DNA from: an uncultured Methanosarcinales archaeon
Lineage (GTDB): Archaea; Nanobdellota; Nanobdellia; Woesearchaeales; JAGVZT01
Assembly: GCA_964354685.1 (NCBI GenBank)
Contig: CAYHAM010000002.1
Coordinates: 71,058 to 135,057, forward strand
DNA length: 64,000 nucleotides
Direction of reading: 5' to 3'
The notes beneath the pieces are model-generated. The model did no database searches, was not told where the DNA came from, and was given only the letters and a program-made list of their open reading frames with translations. Shown in pieces: positions 18,398-28,368 of the stretch (position 1 is the stretch's first letter; every line of letters begins with the position of its first letter). Position numbers and translations under genes: made by a program.

Positions 18398-19398
18398 AGA
18401 ACAAGAAAGGAATGTTTTTTACACTAATCGCGATCATAATGGTTATTGCAATAATCCTATTCTTCACCCCTAATTATGAGTATCTGCCACAAATGAGTCA
18501 AATCCCAACAAAAAAGGTTAGGGTAACAAAAGCCAACAATCTAATGAGTAACTTTAAAACAACACTAATTGAAAGAGAATTAAAAAGCTCTAGTTATTAT
18601 GCTGTTAAGCAATTGATACAATGCATTAACAATCAAAGCGAGTTCTCAGAGGATTTGCAAGCAGATTTTGCTGAGATCCTTCTAAATGGCACATTTAAAG
18701 GAAATGTTCTAGCAACAGAGTGTGGCAATGACCAGATGACTGGTAGAACACTACCCCCTAAGTTAGAACAACTAAGTAATGTTTCTGAAGAAGAATTTCA
18801 CCTACCAACAAACTTCACTATCCTTAATGTCACAATATACCAATCAAACCTTACAAGCTATGACTCCTTTGCTGTTGACCTAAGCCTTAATATCAAAATG
18901 GATGCAGGAATAGCAGGATGGGACACAAATACCATCATAACAACAATACTTGATGTTGAAGATTTTGATGATCCTTATTATTTGGCAAATGCCAATTTCA
19001 CAAATAAGATAAACTTTTCGAATATCACCAACTGGACAACAAGCCTTGTCTTTGATCACATTGATGCTATGCACTATGTATTTGAAGAGCAGGCCCCAAG
19101 CTTTTTGATGAGGTTTGAGAACAACAGTGCTGCATCTTCTTGCTGCGGAATAGAATCTTTAGTAAATCCAAATGAGTTAAACATAAGTGATGAGCCATGG
19201 AGCTATGTTGATTATTGCTTTTATGGTCATGGGTGCAATGATTCAAGATCAGGAAACAAAAGTTTGTGGAACATAACAGGCATAAGCAGTGGAGATGAAA
19301 CAGAGAAGTTTTATATGTTCAAGCTAGAGATATACCACATTGATAAATACGACCTTGCTGCTGATGACAGGGTTGTTTGCGAAGGTTCTTGTCCATGA
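18388..19398 (+). CDS. Archaeal type IV pilin-like protein (class III signal peptide), larger, Cys-containing C-terminal domain
   Basis: MAIKNKKG|MFFTLIAIIMVIAIILFF; overlaps upstream pilin-like gene (operon). Confidence 0.6.
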   Translation: MAIKNKKGMFFTLIAIIMVIAIILFFTPNYEYLPQMSQIPTKKVRVTKANNLMSNFKTTLIERELKSSSYYAVKQLIQCINNQSEFSEDLQADFAEILLNGTFKGNVLATECGNDQMTGRTLPPKLEQLSNVSEEEFHLPTNFTILNVTIYQSNLTSYDSFAVDLSLNIKMDAGIAGWDTNTIITTILDVEDFDDPYYLANANFTNKINFSNITNWTTSLVFDHIDAMHYVFEEQAPSFLMRFENNSAASSCCGIESLVNPNELNISDEPWSYVDYCFYGHGCNDSRSGNKSLWNITGISSGDETEKFYMFKLEIYHIDKYDLAADDRVVCEGSCP

Positions 19399-19877
19399 GC
19401 TACTACGATTCAATCTCAAAAGGCTATGAAGAGCTTTATGGAGAAGAACAACTAAGCAAAGCAAGGATTATTTTGGAGAATATTAAGCCTAATAAAAAAC
19501 AATATTTATTAGATATTGGATGTGGCTCAGGAGCTTTCTTAGAGCTTTGTGAATGTAAAAAAGTAGGAATAGACACAAGCTTAGGATTATTAAAAAAAGC
19601 AAAAAACTTTGTTGTGCAAGGCAAGGCAGAGTCTCTGCCATTCAAAGACAAAAGCTTTGACTATGTTGTTTCTATCACCTCAATCCACAACTTTGATGAC
19701 ATTGACAAAGCTATCAAAGAGATAAAAAGAGTTGCAAAAGGTAAAGTGATAATAAGCCTGCTTAGAAAAACAAATGATTTTGACAAAATCAGTAAAAAGC
19801 TTGAAAAAAATTTTCTTTTAAAAAAAGTAATACTTGAGAAAAAGGATGCTATATTCTTTCTCAACAATAAAATTTAA
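19395..19877 (+). CDS. Class I SAM-dependent methyltransferase (small, Rossmann fold)
   Basis: Motif I LLDIGCGSGAF; start ATG at 19395 overlaps pilin stop (ATGA); track ORF started at 19377. Confidence 0.7.
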   Translation: MSYYDSISKGYEELYGEEQLSKARIILENIKPNKKQYLLDIGCGSGAFLELCECKKVGIDTSLGLLKKAKNFVVQGKAESLPFKDKSFDYVVSITSIHNFDDIDKAIKEIKRVAKGKVIISLLRKTNDFDKISKKLEKNFLLKKVILEKKDAIFFLNNKI

Positions 19878-19900
19878 ATACTAGACTTTATTGTTAATAT

Positions 19901-20737
19901 TTGGGGAATATGAAAGAACAAGATACAAAAGAGGGGATAAATCTAGCCCATGTTGAGAAGGACGTTAAAAGGCAATTACCACTAGAGTTTTTCTTTACAA
20001 TTGCAAAAGTTTTTAATCCAAATTCTTATGAAGAGCTAAGCCATAGAACAATGAAGGATGTTGTTTCTTATTTTATTTCAATACTATTTGTAAGCTATGT
20101 AGCAATGGTTTTAGTCAGCTTACCAGTGCTAGTGTCTCTAGAATCACAACTCAGCACAGAGCTCTCAAAGTTTGATGAGCTCATTGTTGATTTAAAGATA
20201 AGCATGAACCAGCCAATCTACATTAGACAGCTAAATCTGGGCATAGATGCAACTGGAGACAAAGAGTTAACACAAGAAAACATATTAATAACAAAGAACT
20301 ATATACAAACAAAACCTTTGATATGTTTCTTCAAGCCATTTTGTTGGCTCAAAAATGGTAATGTAAGCAAGATTAGTTTGGACGAATACAAAGACCTTGT
20401 TGTGAAAAAGCAAGAGTTTGTTGAGTGGCTATACCTTCTAGCATTGTTCCTGTTGCCATGGCTCCTTATCAACCTATACTTTCTGCTACTATTAAAATTT
20501 TTGTTAGTAGCACTAATGTTTACAGTAATTGGCGCAATTCTCGTAAGAATAGTAAATCGTAGAGTCAGGGTTAATAGGATCTTCAAAATAGGTATTTACT
20601 CTTTAACACCAATGATAATATTAGACACATTAAACATACCTGTTGGTTTAAACCTGATTTACATCCCTTTTGTAATATCCTTTTTCTATTTTATTGTTGG
20701 CGTGGTATTAGCAAGTGAAAGAGGATACAAAAGATGA
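19901..20737 (+). CDS. Hypothetical integral membrane protein
   Basis: Several TM segments (ISILFVSYVAMVLVSLPVLVSL; WLYLLALFLLPWLLINLYFLLLLKFLLVALMFTVIGAILV); no recognised motifs. Confidence 0.5.
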   Translation: MGNMKEQDTKEGINLAHVEKDVKRQLPLEFFFTIAKVFNPNSYEELSHRTMKDVVSYFISILFVSYVAMVLVSLPVLVSLESQLSTELSKFDELIVDLKISMNQPIYIRQLNLGIDATGDKELTQENILITKNYIQTKPLICFFKPFCWLKNGNVSKISLDEYKDLVVKKQEFVEWLYLLALFLLPWLLINLYFLLLLKFLLVALMFTVIGAILVRIVNRRVRVNRIFKIGIYSLTPMIILDTLNIPVGLNLIYIPFVISFFYFIVGVVLASERGYKR

Positions 20738-21228
20738 CTATTATTACAAATCCAAGACAAACAGTTCTTGTAACATGCAGAAGTCAAGTTAAGGTTTTAA
20801 ACAAGGAGATAGTAAAAGACAACATAATAACACTAGATTGGCACATGCCAACAAGCTTTAAACCTGAGATATATGCAATCTCTGTTGGCAAAACAAGATT
20901 TTCTATGGAACTAATAAGAAAGTCAAAGGTATTTGTTGTTAATTTTATGCCATACTCATTCAAAGATGCTGTTCTAAGGTGCGGCAGAGTCTCAGGAAAG
21001 CATGTTGACAAGTTTGAGGATACAGGGCTAACAAAAGTAGAAACAGAAAAACTGGATTGCCCAAGGATCAAGGAAGCAGTTGCCTGGCTTGAATGTGAGG
21101 TTATAGGCGAGCTGGAAACAGGTGACCACATCATCTTCATAGGTAAAGTTGTCAACTCTGAGCTCATGAAAAAAGAGAAGAGAGTATTCCATCTTGATGG
21201 AGATAACTTTACCACAACTCTAGATTAA
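20734..21228 (+). CDS. Flavin reductase-like (FMN-binding split-barrel) domain protein
   Basis: LVTCRS..NIITLDWHMP..EIYAISVGKTRFSMELIRKSKVFVVNF..RCGRVSGKHVDKFEDTGL..AVAWLECEVIGELETGDHIIFIGKVVN pattern of PF01613-type proteins. Confidence 0.65.
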   Translation: MTIITNPRQTVLVTCRSQVKVLNKEIVKDNIITLDWHMPTSFKPEIYAISVGKTRFSMELIRKSKVFVVNFMPYSFKDAVLRCGRVSGKHVDKFEDTGLTKVETEKLDCPRIKEAVAWLECEVIGELETGDHIIFIGKVVNSELMKKEKRVFHLDGDNFTTTLD

Positions 21229-21242
21229 AAAGAGGTGATAAG

Positions 21243-21449
21243 GTGGCAAGAAAAGAGAATAAGGTGATGAACGAGATTACCCTTCTAATAGTAATAACCA
21301 TTGTACTCTTTGTTTTTGAGGGCATGCACTGGATATCAAAAGGGAGTGCTCTCAGCCCAACAAATGCTTACATTGCATTTGGCGCTTTAGCGCAGATAAT
21401 GACACTGGTATTTGTGATGTATATAGCGTTTATGATGGCTAAGAAGTAG
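21243..21449 (+). CDS. Small hypothetical membrane protein (2 TM)
   Basis: 68-aa ORF with two hydrophobic helices. Confidence 0.35.
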   Translation: MARKENKVMNEITLLIVITIVLFVFEGMHWISKGSALSPTNAYIAFGALAQIMTLVFVMYIAFMMAKK

Positions 21450-21563
21450 ATTTGATTTTGTTGTTTCAAATTCTTTGTTGAGAATCTTGGTTACTGCTAA
21501 GTAGCAAAAAGAGAAAACTTTATATATGCTTAACAACTATATCAGATATACAAGCTACTACGG

Positions 21564-22151
21564 GTGGTTCTATTGGGAATCTCAATAGGTGGAATAGTAC
21601 AGCAATTATGGGAAGAAGGTAGAGTAGAGCCAGGTCAAGTCATATTAGGCACCAGAAGAAAAACAAGAGAACTTCATACTGTCTGTTGGAATCATGAAAA
21701 GGGCTGGATAATAGTTCAGTACAATCCAGAAGAACAAATTGGTGTAGATTTTGCATTATATCCAGAATTGCGTCATGCAGAGGCATTCAGTAGAGCCCAT
21801 GAATATTTAAAACCAGGATATTTAAGAGACGTATTCAAAGGTGCAGTTGCAGGTATTGGTGTATTAACATATAGTGAACTATGGGTTGTTGATCACATGC
21901 AATGTCTCTACAGACAAGAGGAAACTCCTGGACTATCTCGAGCTTTAGTTTCAAAATACGGAGGAGCTCGATATCATTTGTTAGAATATTTGTTGGGATT
22001 ATCTGAACAAGAAAAGATTACAGAGTTGCAGTATCTTTGTGATACAAAACAAAAGGGAGGGAGAAAAAATCCCCAGATATTCCAAGAAGTCTGCCTAAAA
22101 CATGGATATATCATTCCAAAGACTGACGGATATTTAATTGCAAAAAGGTAG
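21564..22151 (+). CDS. Hypothetical protein (GTG start), GC-richer than surroundings
   Basis: 195-aa ORF, no recognised motifs; composition looks shifted. Confidence 0.4.
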   Translation: MVLLGISIGGIVQQLWEEGRVEPGQVILGTRRKTRELHTVCWNHEKGWIIVQYNPEEQIGVDFALYPELRHAEAFSRAHEYLKPGYLRDVFKGAVAGIGVLTYSELWVVDHMQCLYRQEETPGLSRALVSKYGGARYHLLEYLLGLSEQEKITELQYLCDTKQKGGRKNPQIFQEVCLKHGYIIPKTDGYLIAKR

Positions 22152-22914
22152 AAAATTAAAAAGTTTAATTACAAAAACTTTAAAAACACTCTCAATATTA
22201 ATACTTTCTATGCCCAAGAAATCCAGGGAAAAGTTCAAAGTCTATAAAAATGTCTTTGACGAGTTCGCCCTAAGAACACTGTTTGAACTAGAATCAAAGG
22301 GCCATTTCCTAGAAGAAGGCTTGGTTCCAATAAGCATAGGTAAAGAATCTAATGTTTTCTGGGGGCAAGGCAAAGCAGGAGAAGTTATTGTTAAAATCTA
22401 CAGGCTAGAGAGTTGTGATTTCAACAGGATGTATGACTATATTAAGTTTGATCCAAGATTCCTAAAGCTCAAAAAACATCGCAGAAAGATTATTCTAGCA
22501 TGGGCTCAAAGAGAGTATAGAAACCTGTTAAAAGCCAGAGAAGCAAATGTGAATGCACCTCTACCTCATGCTATATTAAACAATGTTTTGGTTATGGAAC
22601 TTATTGGAAAGCATGCACCTGCTGCAAAAATCAAAGATGTTTTGCCAAAAAACCCTAAGATGTTCTTTGATGAGATTGTTAAAAACATAGAAAAATTCTA
22701 CAAAGCAGGCTATGTACACGGAGACCTATCCAAATTTAATATTCTAAATGATGATGAAAGACCAGTTCTAATTGACTTCTCCCAAGCAACTCCTCTAAAA
22801 AACCCAAATGCAACTGATTATCTGAAAAGAGACATTAAAAATGTTGCTGACTTTTTTAGAAAGCTTGGTGTTAAGATAGATGATGAAAAAATATTCAAAA
22901 AAATCATATCATGA
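22138..22914 (+). CDS. rio1: RIO-type serine/threonine protein kinase (Rio1-like); true start probably ATG near 22213 (MPKKSREKF...)
   Basis: ISIGKESNVFWG (ATP loop), YVHGDLSKFNIL (catalytic loop), LIDFSQA (metal-binding). Confidence 0.8.
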   Translation: MQKGRKLKSLITKTLKTLSILILSMPKKSREKFKVYKNVFDEFALRTLFELESKGHFLEEGLVPISIGKESNVFWGQGKAGEVIVKIYRLESCDFNRMYDYIKFDPRFLKLKKHRRKIILAWAQREYRNLLKAREANVNAPLPHAILNNVLVMELIGKHAPAAKIKDVLPKNPKMFFDEIVKNIEKFYKAGYVHGDLSKFNILNDDERPVLIDFSQATPLKNPNATDYLKRDIKNVADFFRKLGVKIDDEKIFKKIIS

Positions 22915-23511
22915 GCTTTTTGTTTTATACCTGCCTCTCATCTCCACTTTCTCAAACCTTTCCAGAATCTGCTCAGCATGCTTTACCTTCTTCTTATATG
23001 CTCCAATTACTTCCTTAAAGGCTTGCTCAAAAATAGAATAATGCTTTGACTCCAAAGCCTGCTTTAACAAATGCAAATCAACTGCCTTGTCTTCTATCTT
23101 GCTTGATTCAAAGCTCAACCCAAAATCAATAAAATAAATCTGCTCTTTTAACACCATGTTAGAGGTTGTCAAATCAGAATGAATAACATCATTGTTATGC
23201 AAAATAGCAACCTTCTCCCCAATCTCCTTGCAATATTTTTTATAATTCTTATTGTTCAAAACATCCCTTAACCTAGGCCCATCAATAAGCTCCATCTCAA
23301 CAATCATCTTCCTGTCATCAGAACTCAAAAGCTTTGGAGTAAAACCGAGCTTAGCCAATTTATCAAGCAACTTTGACTCTCGCCTTGTCCTAAACCTTCT
23401 CAGCTTCTCATCTATTTGTTCTATTCTATAGCCCTTCTTGATTCTATCTTTGATTACTTTACTCTTATCCAGGTATATTATAGCCTCTGCTCCGTCTCCA
23501 ATTTGTTTCAT
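22909..23511 (-). CDS. bud32: KEOPS complex kinase Bud32 (Kae1-associated kinase)
   Basis: GAEAIIY, VIHSDLTTSNMVL, IDFGLS; ~200 aa as in archaeal Bud32. Confidence 0.8.
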   Translation of the reverse strand: MKQIGDGAEAIIYLDKSKVIKDRIKKGYRIEQIDEKLRRFRTRRESKLLDKLAKLGFTPKLLSSDDRKMIVEMELIDGPRLRDVLNNKNYKKYCKEIGEKVAILHNNDVIHSDLTTSNMVLKEQIYFIDFGLSFESSKIEDKAVDLHLLKQALESKHYSIFEQAFKEVIGAYKKKVKHAEQILERFEKVEMRGRYKTKSS

Positions 23512-23562
23512 AGAGATGTTTAATTGGTTGCTCTTTATAAATATTATTTATATTATTATAAC

Positions 23563-23750
23563 TAGCGAGTTGCCAGTGCTTAACCGCAAGAAAGGCAACT
23601 CGTTGTGTTTTTGTTCCTATATTCTCAAGGAAACAAGGAACCTCAGATAATTACACGCTTGATAGAGGCATGTGGAAAATCACTCGCTAAAGAATTTTAA
23701 TTTTAAATAATTATTATGCAACTCGTGAATTGTTTCAAATTTTTTAAAAA
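23563..23750 (+). repeat. Copy 2 of the conserved structured intergenic element (hairpin cgagttgcc/ggcaactcg + conserved core + ACTCGTGAATT tail)
   Basis: ttcctatattctcaaggaaacaaggaacctcagataattacacgcttgataga and gcaactcgtgaattgtttcaaat match copy 1. Confidence 0.6.
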
Positions 23751-23802
23751 ACATAGTATTTAGAATAAACTATTTAAACAAAACCAAATTAACACAGCAC
23801 AT

Positions 23803-23875
23803 AGCCCCGTGGTCTAGTGGTCAAGGATAACCGGCTCTGGACCGGTTGGCGGCAGTTCGAATCTGCCCGGGGCTA
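23803..23875 (+). tRNA. tRNA-Gln (anticodon CUG)
   Basis: Acceptor AGCCCCG/CGGGGCU, D-arm GUCU..GGAU, anticodon stem ACCGG/CCGGU with loop CUCUGGA, T-arm GGCAG-UUCGAAU-CUGCC, discriminator A; no encoded CCA. Confidence 0.8.
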
Positions 23876-23886
23876 TCTTTTAATGT

Positions 23887-24375
23887 TTATACGATAATTT
23901 GCTCTGAATTTTCTCTTTCATAAGCAAGCATTCCATCAATGTAATCATCGATCCCCTCTATTTTTCCCTCCTCTATTTTTCGTATACTTTCCCCAGGATT
24001 CCTAAGAATATCACGAATAAGTTTATATAGATCATCCTCTATAACTGGTTCACTCTTCTCAGATCTTTCTGCTACATAACTATTAATAATACCAAGAACA
24101 AAAGATCTAACCTCTCTTTCTAGAGCCGACTCTTGTTCCTGACCATTTGAACGACCTGCTTTCTTTATTTCTATTCCTCTTTCTCTGTAATAACCATCCA
24201 TCATTCTATTCCAATACCTTATAACATTAGTTGGTTCATTAAACACAGGTTTAGGCTCCTCTGGTTCACCAAGAGAGTTCCAAGTATCTTTAATAGCAAA
24301 CCAAAAATCATCTGCCCAGGCACCCACATCTTCTAACCGTTTATATGCTCTTCTTAGATAATTAACCATAATCAA
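23887..24375 (-). CDS. Hypothetical protein
   Basis: 162-aa ORF, acidic, no recognised motifs. Confidence 0.4.
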   Translation of the reverse strand: MIMVNYLRRAYKRLEDVGAWADDFWFAIKDTWNSLGEPEEPKPVFNEPTNVIRYWNRMMDGYYRERGIEIKKAGRSNGQEQESALEREVRSFVLGIINSYVAERSEKSEPVIEDDLYKLIRDILRNPGESIRKIEEGKIEGIDDYIDGMLAYERENSEQIIV

Positions 24376-24476
24376 AGGGAAAAAACCACCTTATATAAAA
24401 CTTTCTATCCTTCGATACTCTTCAGTAACTACAAACAACAAGATTTAAATAACTATTCCCAGCCCCAAAGTTTGCA

Positions 24477-24938
24477 ATGGAAAAAGCAACACAACCAAAT
24501 TTTGTCCCAATCTGTGCAGTTGTTTATGTAGAAGACAAAGGTTTAGAAGTTGTTCCTGCTGGTGATGTTATTTGTGATCTTGATTCTCTGCTAAAAGCTT
24601 ATAGTTTACCCTATGATGATACAGGAGGAGCAATGTATCCTACAATGGGTAAAGGCCTAAAAGCGCCTGCAAAACTATCAATATTTGGTTTAACAGAAAC
24701 AAGCCTTACACAAGATACCCAAAAAGTTGTTAGAGGTAGACACTCTGGTAGACCTCATATTTTTGTATTTAGTGAGAGGTTTAAGACAATTGATGAATTA
24801 ATGCAAAGTATAAGTGGATTCTTAGAAAACCAAAGTGAATTAGAACAAAAAGCCTGGATGGGTAACTGGGAGCCATTGAAAATTGCACTTATGGCAAAAT
24901 ATAATGTAAGAGATGGAATTGACCAAGGAATTTATTAA
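24477..24938 (+). CDS. Hypothetical protein
   Basis: 153-aa ORF, no recognised motifs. Confidence 0.4.
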   Translation: MEKATQPNFVPICAVVYVEDKGLEVVPAGDVICDLDSLLKAYSLPYDDTGGAMYPTMGKGLKAPAKLSIFGLTETSLTQDTQKVVRGRHSGRPHIFVFSERFKTIDELMQSISGFLENQSELEQKAWMGNWEPLKIALMAKYNVRDGIDQGIY

Positions 24939-24953
24939 TATAAACCACAAAAA

Positions 24954-26336
24954 CTATATTTTCTTCCACCTAACCCCTTGCGGAGTATCCTCAAGAATTA
25001 TTCCACTATTCTTCAAATCTTTTCTTATCTTGTCTGCTAATTCAAAGTTTTTATCTTTTCTTGCTTGCTCTCTTTTTTCTACCAATAGCTTTATCTCTTT
25101 ATCAAGCTCTTCTTCCTCAAACTTCATAACACCCAAAACACTATCCAGGCCCATCATTGTTTCTAAAACTTTTTGAGCATCTGCTTTGCTTATCTGATTT
25201 TTAACAATAAGCTTGTTTATTTGCCTCATAAATTCAAAGATATTGCCTAAAGCATCAGATAAATTAAAATCGTCATCCACAGCCTTTTCAAACTTTGTTT
25301 TAACATCTTTGATCAGCTTTTGAACATCCTTGTTCTGCTTTCCATCCTTTACCTCTCTTAGTTTTATAATAAAATCATTAAATCTTTCAACAGAGTTTTT
25401 TGCACCATCTAATGCCTTTTCAGTGAAGTTTATTGGAGCCATGTAATGAGATGATATAAAGAAATACCTCAATGCCATTGCATCCCATTTTTTGAGAGCA
25501 TCCTTTATTGTTATGAAATTGCCAAGAGATTTTGACATTTTTTCTCCTTTTACTTTGAGGAATCCGTTATGCATCCAATACCTTACCAAAGGCTTTTTGC
25601 CAGACACTGCCTCAATCTGAGCTATCTCTGATTCATGATGTGGGAATATAAGATCAATTCCGCCGCCGTGTATATCATATTGCGGTCCAAAAACTGTTTC
25701 TGTTATTGCAGTATCCTCAATATGCCAACCAGGCCTGCCTTTACCCCATGGGCTTTGCCAATAAGGCTCTCCAGGCTTTTGCTTCTTCCACAAAGAGAAA
25801 TCACCAGGGTTGCGCTTCTGTGGATTTGGCTCAACTCTACGAACCTTTAATTCGTCAAGATTCTGATGAGATAACTTCCCATACTCTTTAAACTTTGAAA
25901 TATCATAATAAATTCCATCATCAATCTCATAAGCATACCCTCTCTCAAACAGTCTTTTGATCTGACTAATTATCTGTGGAATAAAATCTGTTGCATTTGC
26001 ATATTGATTAATAGATTTAACATTCAATGCTTCCATATCCTCATAGTAAGACTTTGTGAACTCCTCAGCCACTTTTTTTGGATCTTGTTTTGTCTCATTT
26101 GCCCTATTTATAATTTTATCATCTATATCTGTTATGTTTTGTAAGTAGAAAAGCTTATACCCTTTGTATCCTAGATAGCGTGCAATCATATCAAACTGTA
26201 CATAACTCTTTGCATGACCAATATGACTGTGGTCATATACTGTTGGACCACAAACAAACATCTCAACCTTATCTTTATGTCTAGGTTTGAATACCTCTTT
26301 TTTCCTCGACATTGTGTTATAAATCCTTAATGTCAT
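24954..26336 (-). CDS. cysS: Cysteinyl-tRNA synthetase
   Basis: CGPTVYDHSHIGHA (HIGH) and KMSKSLGN motifs; 460 aa. Confidence 0.95.
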   Translation of the reverse strand: MTLRIYNTMSRKKEVFKPRHKDKVEMFVCGPTVYDHSHIGHAKSYVQFDMIARYLGYKGYKLFYLQNITDIDDKIINRANETKQDPKKVAEEFTKSYYEDMEALNVKSINQYANATDFIPQIISQIKRLFERGYAYEIDDGIYYDISKFKEYGKLSHQNLDELKVRRVEPNPQKRNPGDFSLWKKQKPGEPYWQSPWGKGRPGWHIEDTAITETVFGPQYDIHGGGIDLIFPHHESEIAQIEAVSGKKPLVRYWMHNGFLKVKGEKMSKSLGNFITIKDALKKWDAMALRYFFISSHYMAPINFTEKALDGAKNSVERFNDFIIKLREVKDGKQNKDVQKLIKDVKTKFEKAVDDDFNLSDALGNIFEFMRQINKLIVKNQISKADAQKVLETMMGLDSVLGVMKFEEEELDKEIKLLVEKREQARKDKNFELADKIRKDLKNSGIILEDTPQGVRWKKI

Positions 26337-26911
26337 TTTTGCAAAATACCTTTAACTACACTCTTGTGCTTTTTATTGAACTCCTTTGCTAAGATATCCA
26401 TATAAATATCATTCATAAACTTCCCTGCAATAAGCCTTGCTTCTCTCCTCATCCCAATTTTCCTAAAACCAACCTTTTCATAAACCCTTTGTGCCCTTTT
26501 GTTCTCCTCATAAACCCAAAGCACTATACTGTTCAAACTTAACACATTAAAACCATAATCTAACATCAAGGTTACTGCCTCTGTTCCATAACCCTTGTTC
26601 CAATATCTCTTATCCATTATTGCTATTCCAAACTCTGCTGTTCTATTTATATGATTGATATTATGCAACCCAGTGTTCCCTATCAGCTTCTCTGTTTTCA
26701 GCTCAATAATAGAGAAAACCAAATCATCCTTTTTCTTCCTATGCTCCTCATACCACTCTACCTCATCCTCATATCTTATGTTTCTTGTAAATAAGACTAA
26801 GAACTGAGTTACCTCTAAATCATTAACCCATTTGTAAAAGTTTTTTATATCTCTCTTTTCCAATACAGCTAATCCAACCCTTCTTCCCTTGAGTTTAAAC
26901 ACACGTGTCAT
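26333..26911 (-). CDS. GNAT-family N-acetyltransferase (RimJ/RimL-like); start taken at MTRVFKLKG (26911) rather than track start 26986
   Basis: GNTGLHNINHINRTAEFGIAIMDKRYWNKGYGTEAV..VYEKVGF acetyl-CoA binding pattern. Confidence 0.7.
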   Translation of the reverse strand: MTRVFKLKGRRVGLAVLEKRDIKNFYKWVNDLEVTQFLVLFTRNIRYEDEVEWYEEHRKKKDDLVFSIIELKTEKLIGNTGLHNINHINRTAEFGIAIMDKRYWNKGYGTEAVTLMLDYGFNVLSLNSIVLWVYEENKRAQRVYEKVGFRKIGMRREARLIAGKFMNDIYMDILAKEFNKKHKSVVKGILQK

Positions 26912-26916
26912 TTTAC

Positions 26917-27837
26917 TCAGCCATACAAACCAATACTTAAATATCTTTCGCCTCTGTCTGGCAACACAGTAACAACATTCTTGCATTTCTTTGCAATCTT
27001 TAAAGCTGCCAAAACATTTGCACCAGAGCTTATCCCAGCCATTAAACCATATTGCTTTGCAAGCTTCTTGCTCATCTCAATTGCATCATCACTCTTGATT
27101 GCAATCACCTCATCAATCAGATGCATATTCTCTTTAACCAGCTTTGGAACAAAACCCTCACCAATACCCTGTATCTTGTGCAAGCCAGGCTTACCACCTG
27201 TTAAAACAGCTGACTCTGCTGGCTCAACACCAACAATTTTAATATTTGGGTTTTTTGCTTTTAATGCCTGAGCAACCCCAATCAAAGTTCCACCAGTTCC
27301 TATGCCTGCAACAAAAGCATCTATTTTACCATCTGTTTGCTCAATAATCTCTTTGCCTAAACCTTCTCTATGAGCAGCAGCATTATCAGGATTCTCAAAC
27401 TGCCTTGGCAGCCAGGCATCTGGGTTTTTTCTAACAATATCTTCATATTTTTTAATAGCTCCCTTAATATCATCTTCAGCAGGTGTTAGCACAATCTCTG
27501 CTCCCAATGCCTTCATCATGCCAACTCTTTCCATGCTCATTGACTCTGCCATTATTGCAACAAACTTATAGCCTCTAACAGCAGCAACCATTGCAAAGCC
27601 TATTCCTGTGTTTCCACTTGTAACCTCAATTATCTTTGAACCTGGCTTAAGCTCGCCTCTTTCCTCTGCCTTTTTCACCATATACCAAGCCATCCTATCC
27701 TTTATGCTCCCTGTTGGATTCAAGCTCTCAAGCTTTGCATAAATATTGCCAATCTTAACCAAAGGTGTTTTCCCTATTGTATCTAGTACACCCTCTTTTC
27801 CATCACCTCTTCCCTTGTTTTTATAGCTCTTTATCAT
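26917..27837 (-). CDS. cysK: Cysteine synthase / O-acetylserine sulfhydrylase (PLP-dependent, CysK/CysM family)
   Basis: LESLNPTGSIKDRMAWYMV (PLP lysine), TSGNTGIGFAMVAA, GAEIVLTP. Confidence 0.85.
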   Translation of the reverse strand: MIKSYKNKGRGDGKEGVLDTIGKTPLVKIGNIYAKLESLNPTGSIKDRMAWYMVKKAEERGELKPGSKIIEVTSGNTGIGFAMVAAVRGYKFVAIMAESMSMERVGMMKALGAEIVLTPAEDDIKGAIKKYEDIVRKNPDAWLPRQFENPDNAAAHREGLGKEIIEQTDGKIDAFVAGIGTGGTLIGVAQALKAKNPNIKIVGVEPAESAVLTGGKPGLHKIQGIGEGFVPKLVKENMHLIDEVIAIKSDDAIEMSKKLAKQYGLMAGISSGANVLAALKIAKKCKNVVTVLPDRGERYLSIGLYG

Positions 27838-28028
27838 CTTTAATAACCTCCTTATAGCGATTAGAATATTGCTTTAACAAACCATTAAAGCTATGGAGAA
27901 TTTAGACAATGAAGCTGTGACTAACAACAGTCACACTTGCAACAACAACAGCATTCGCATTTTTGTTTCTTTGTCGCCTTCTTCATTTTAAAGTAGGGAA
28001 TATAAACCTATATTTAAAGATTCTGTTT

Positions 28029-28286
28029 TTATATATGATTATATTTAAAAACCTCTTTAGCAGAAAACATCTTCTTGCACTTGTGGCACTGGAAGATCAT
28101 CTCTCCAGTTGGCATGGGAAAGTCTGAGTGAGATATTATATGGTAATTACACTTAGGGCAATTCAAGAACTCCTCCTTTATTGAGAAAAACTTAGAGCAC
28201 TCCCTGCAATACTTTAGCTCCTCGTTTATATTCATTATCTTATGGCTAGGAGCATCACAAAAAGGGCAAAACTCGATGTCAACCAT
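28029..28286 (-). CDS. Small zinc-ribbon protein (multiple CxxC pairs)
   Basis: CPFC..CREC..CPKC..CHKC in 85 aa. Confidence 0.5.
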   Translation of the reverse strand: MVDIEFCPFCDAPSHKIMNINEELKYCRECSKFFSIKEEFLNCPKCNYHIISHSDFPMPTGEMIFQCHKCKKMFSAKEVFKYNHI

Positions 28287-28368
28287 ATTCAGAGAATTTT
28301 TAAGAGGTGTTTATAAAGATTTTGTAAAAAATTTTATTTTATTACAATTCTAGAACAGAGGTAAATAT

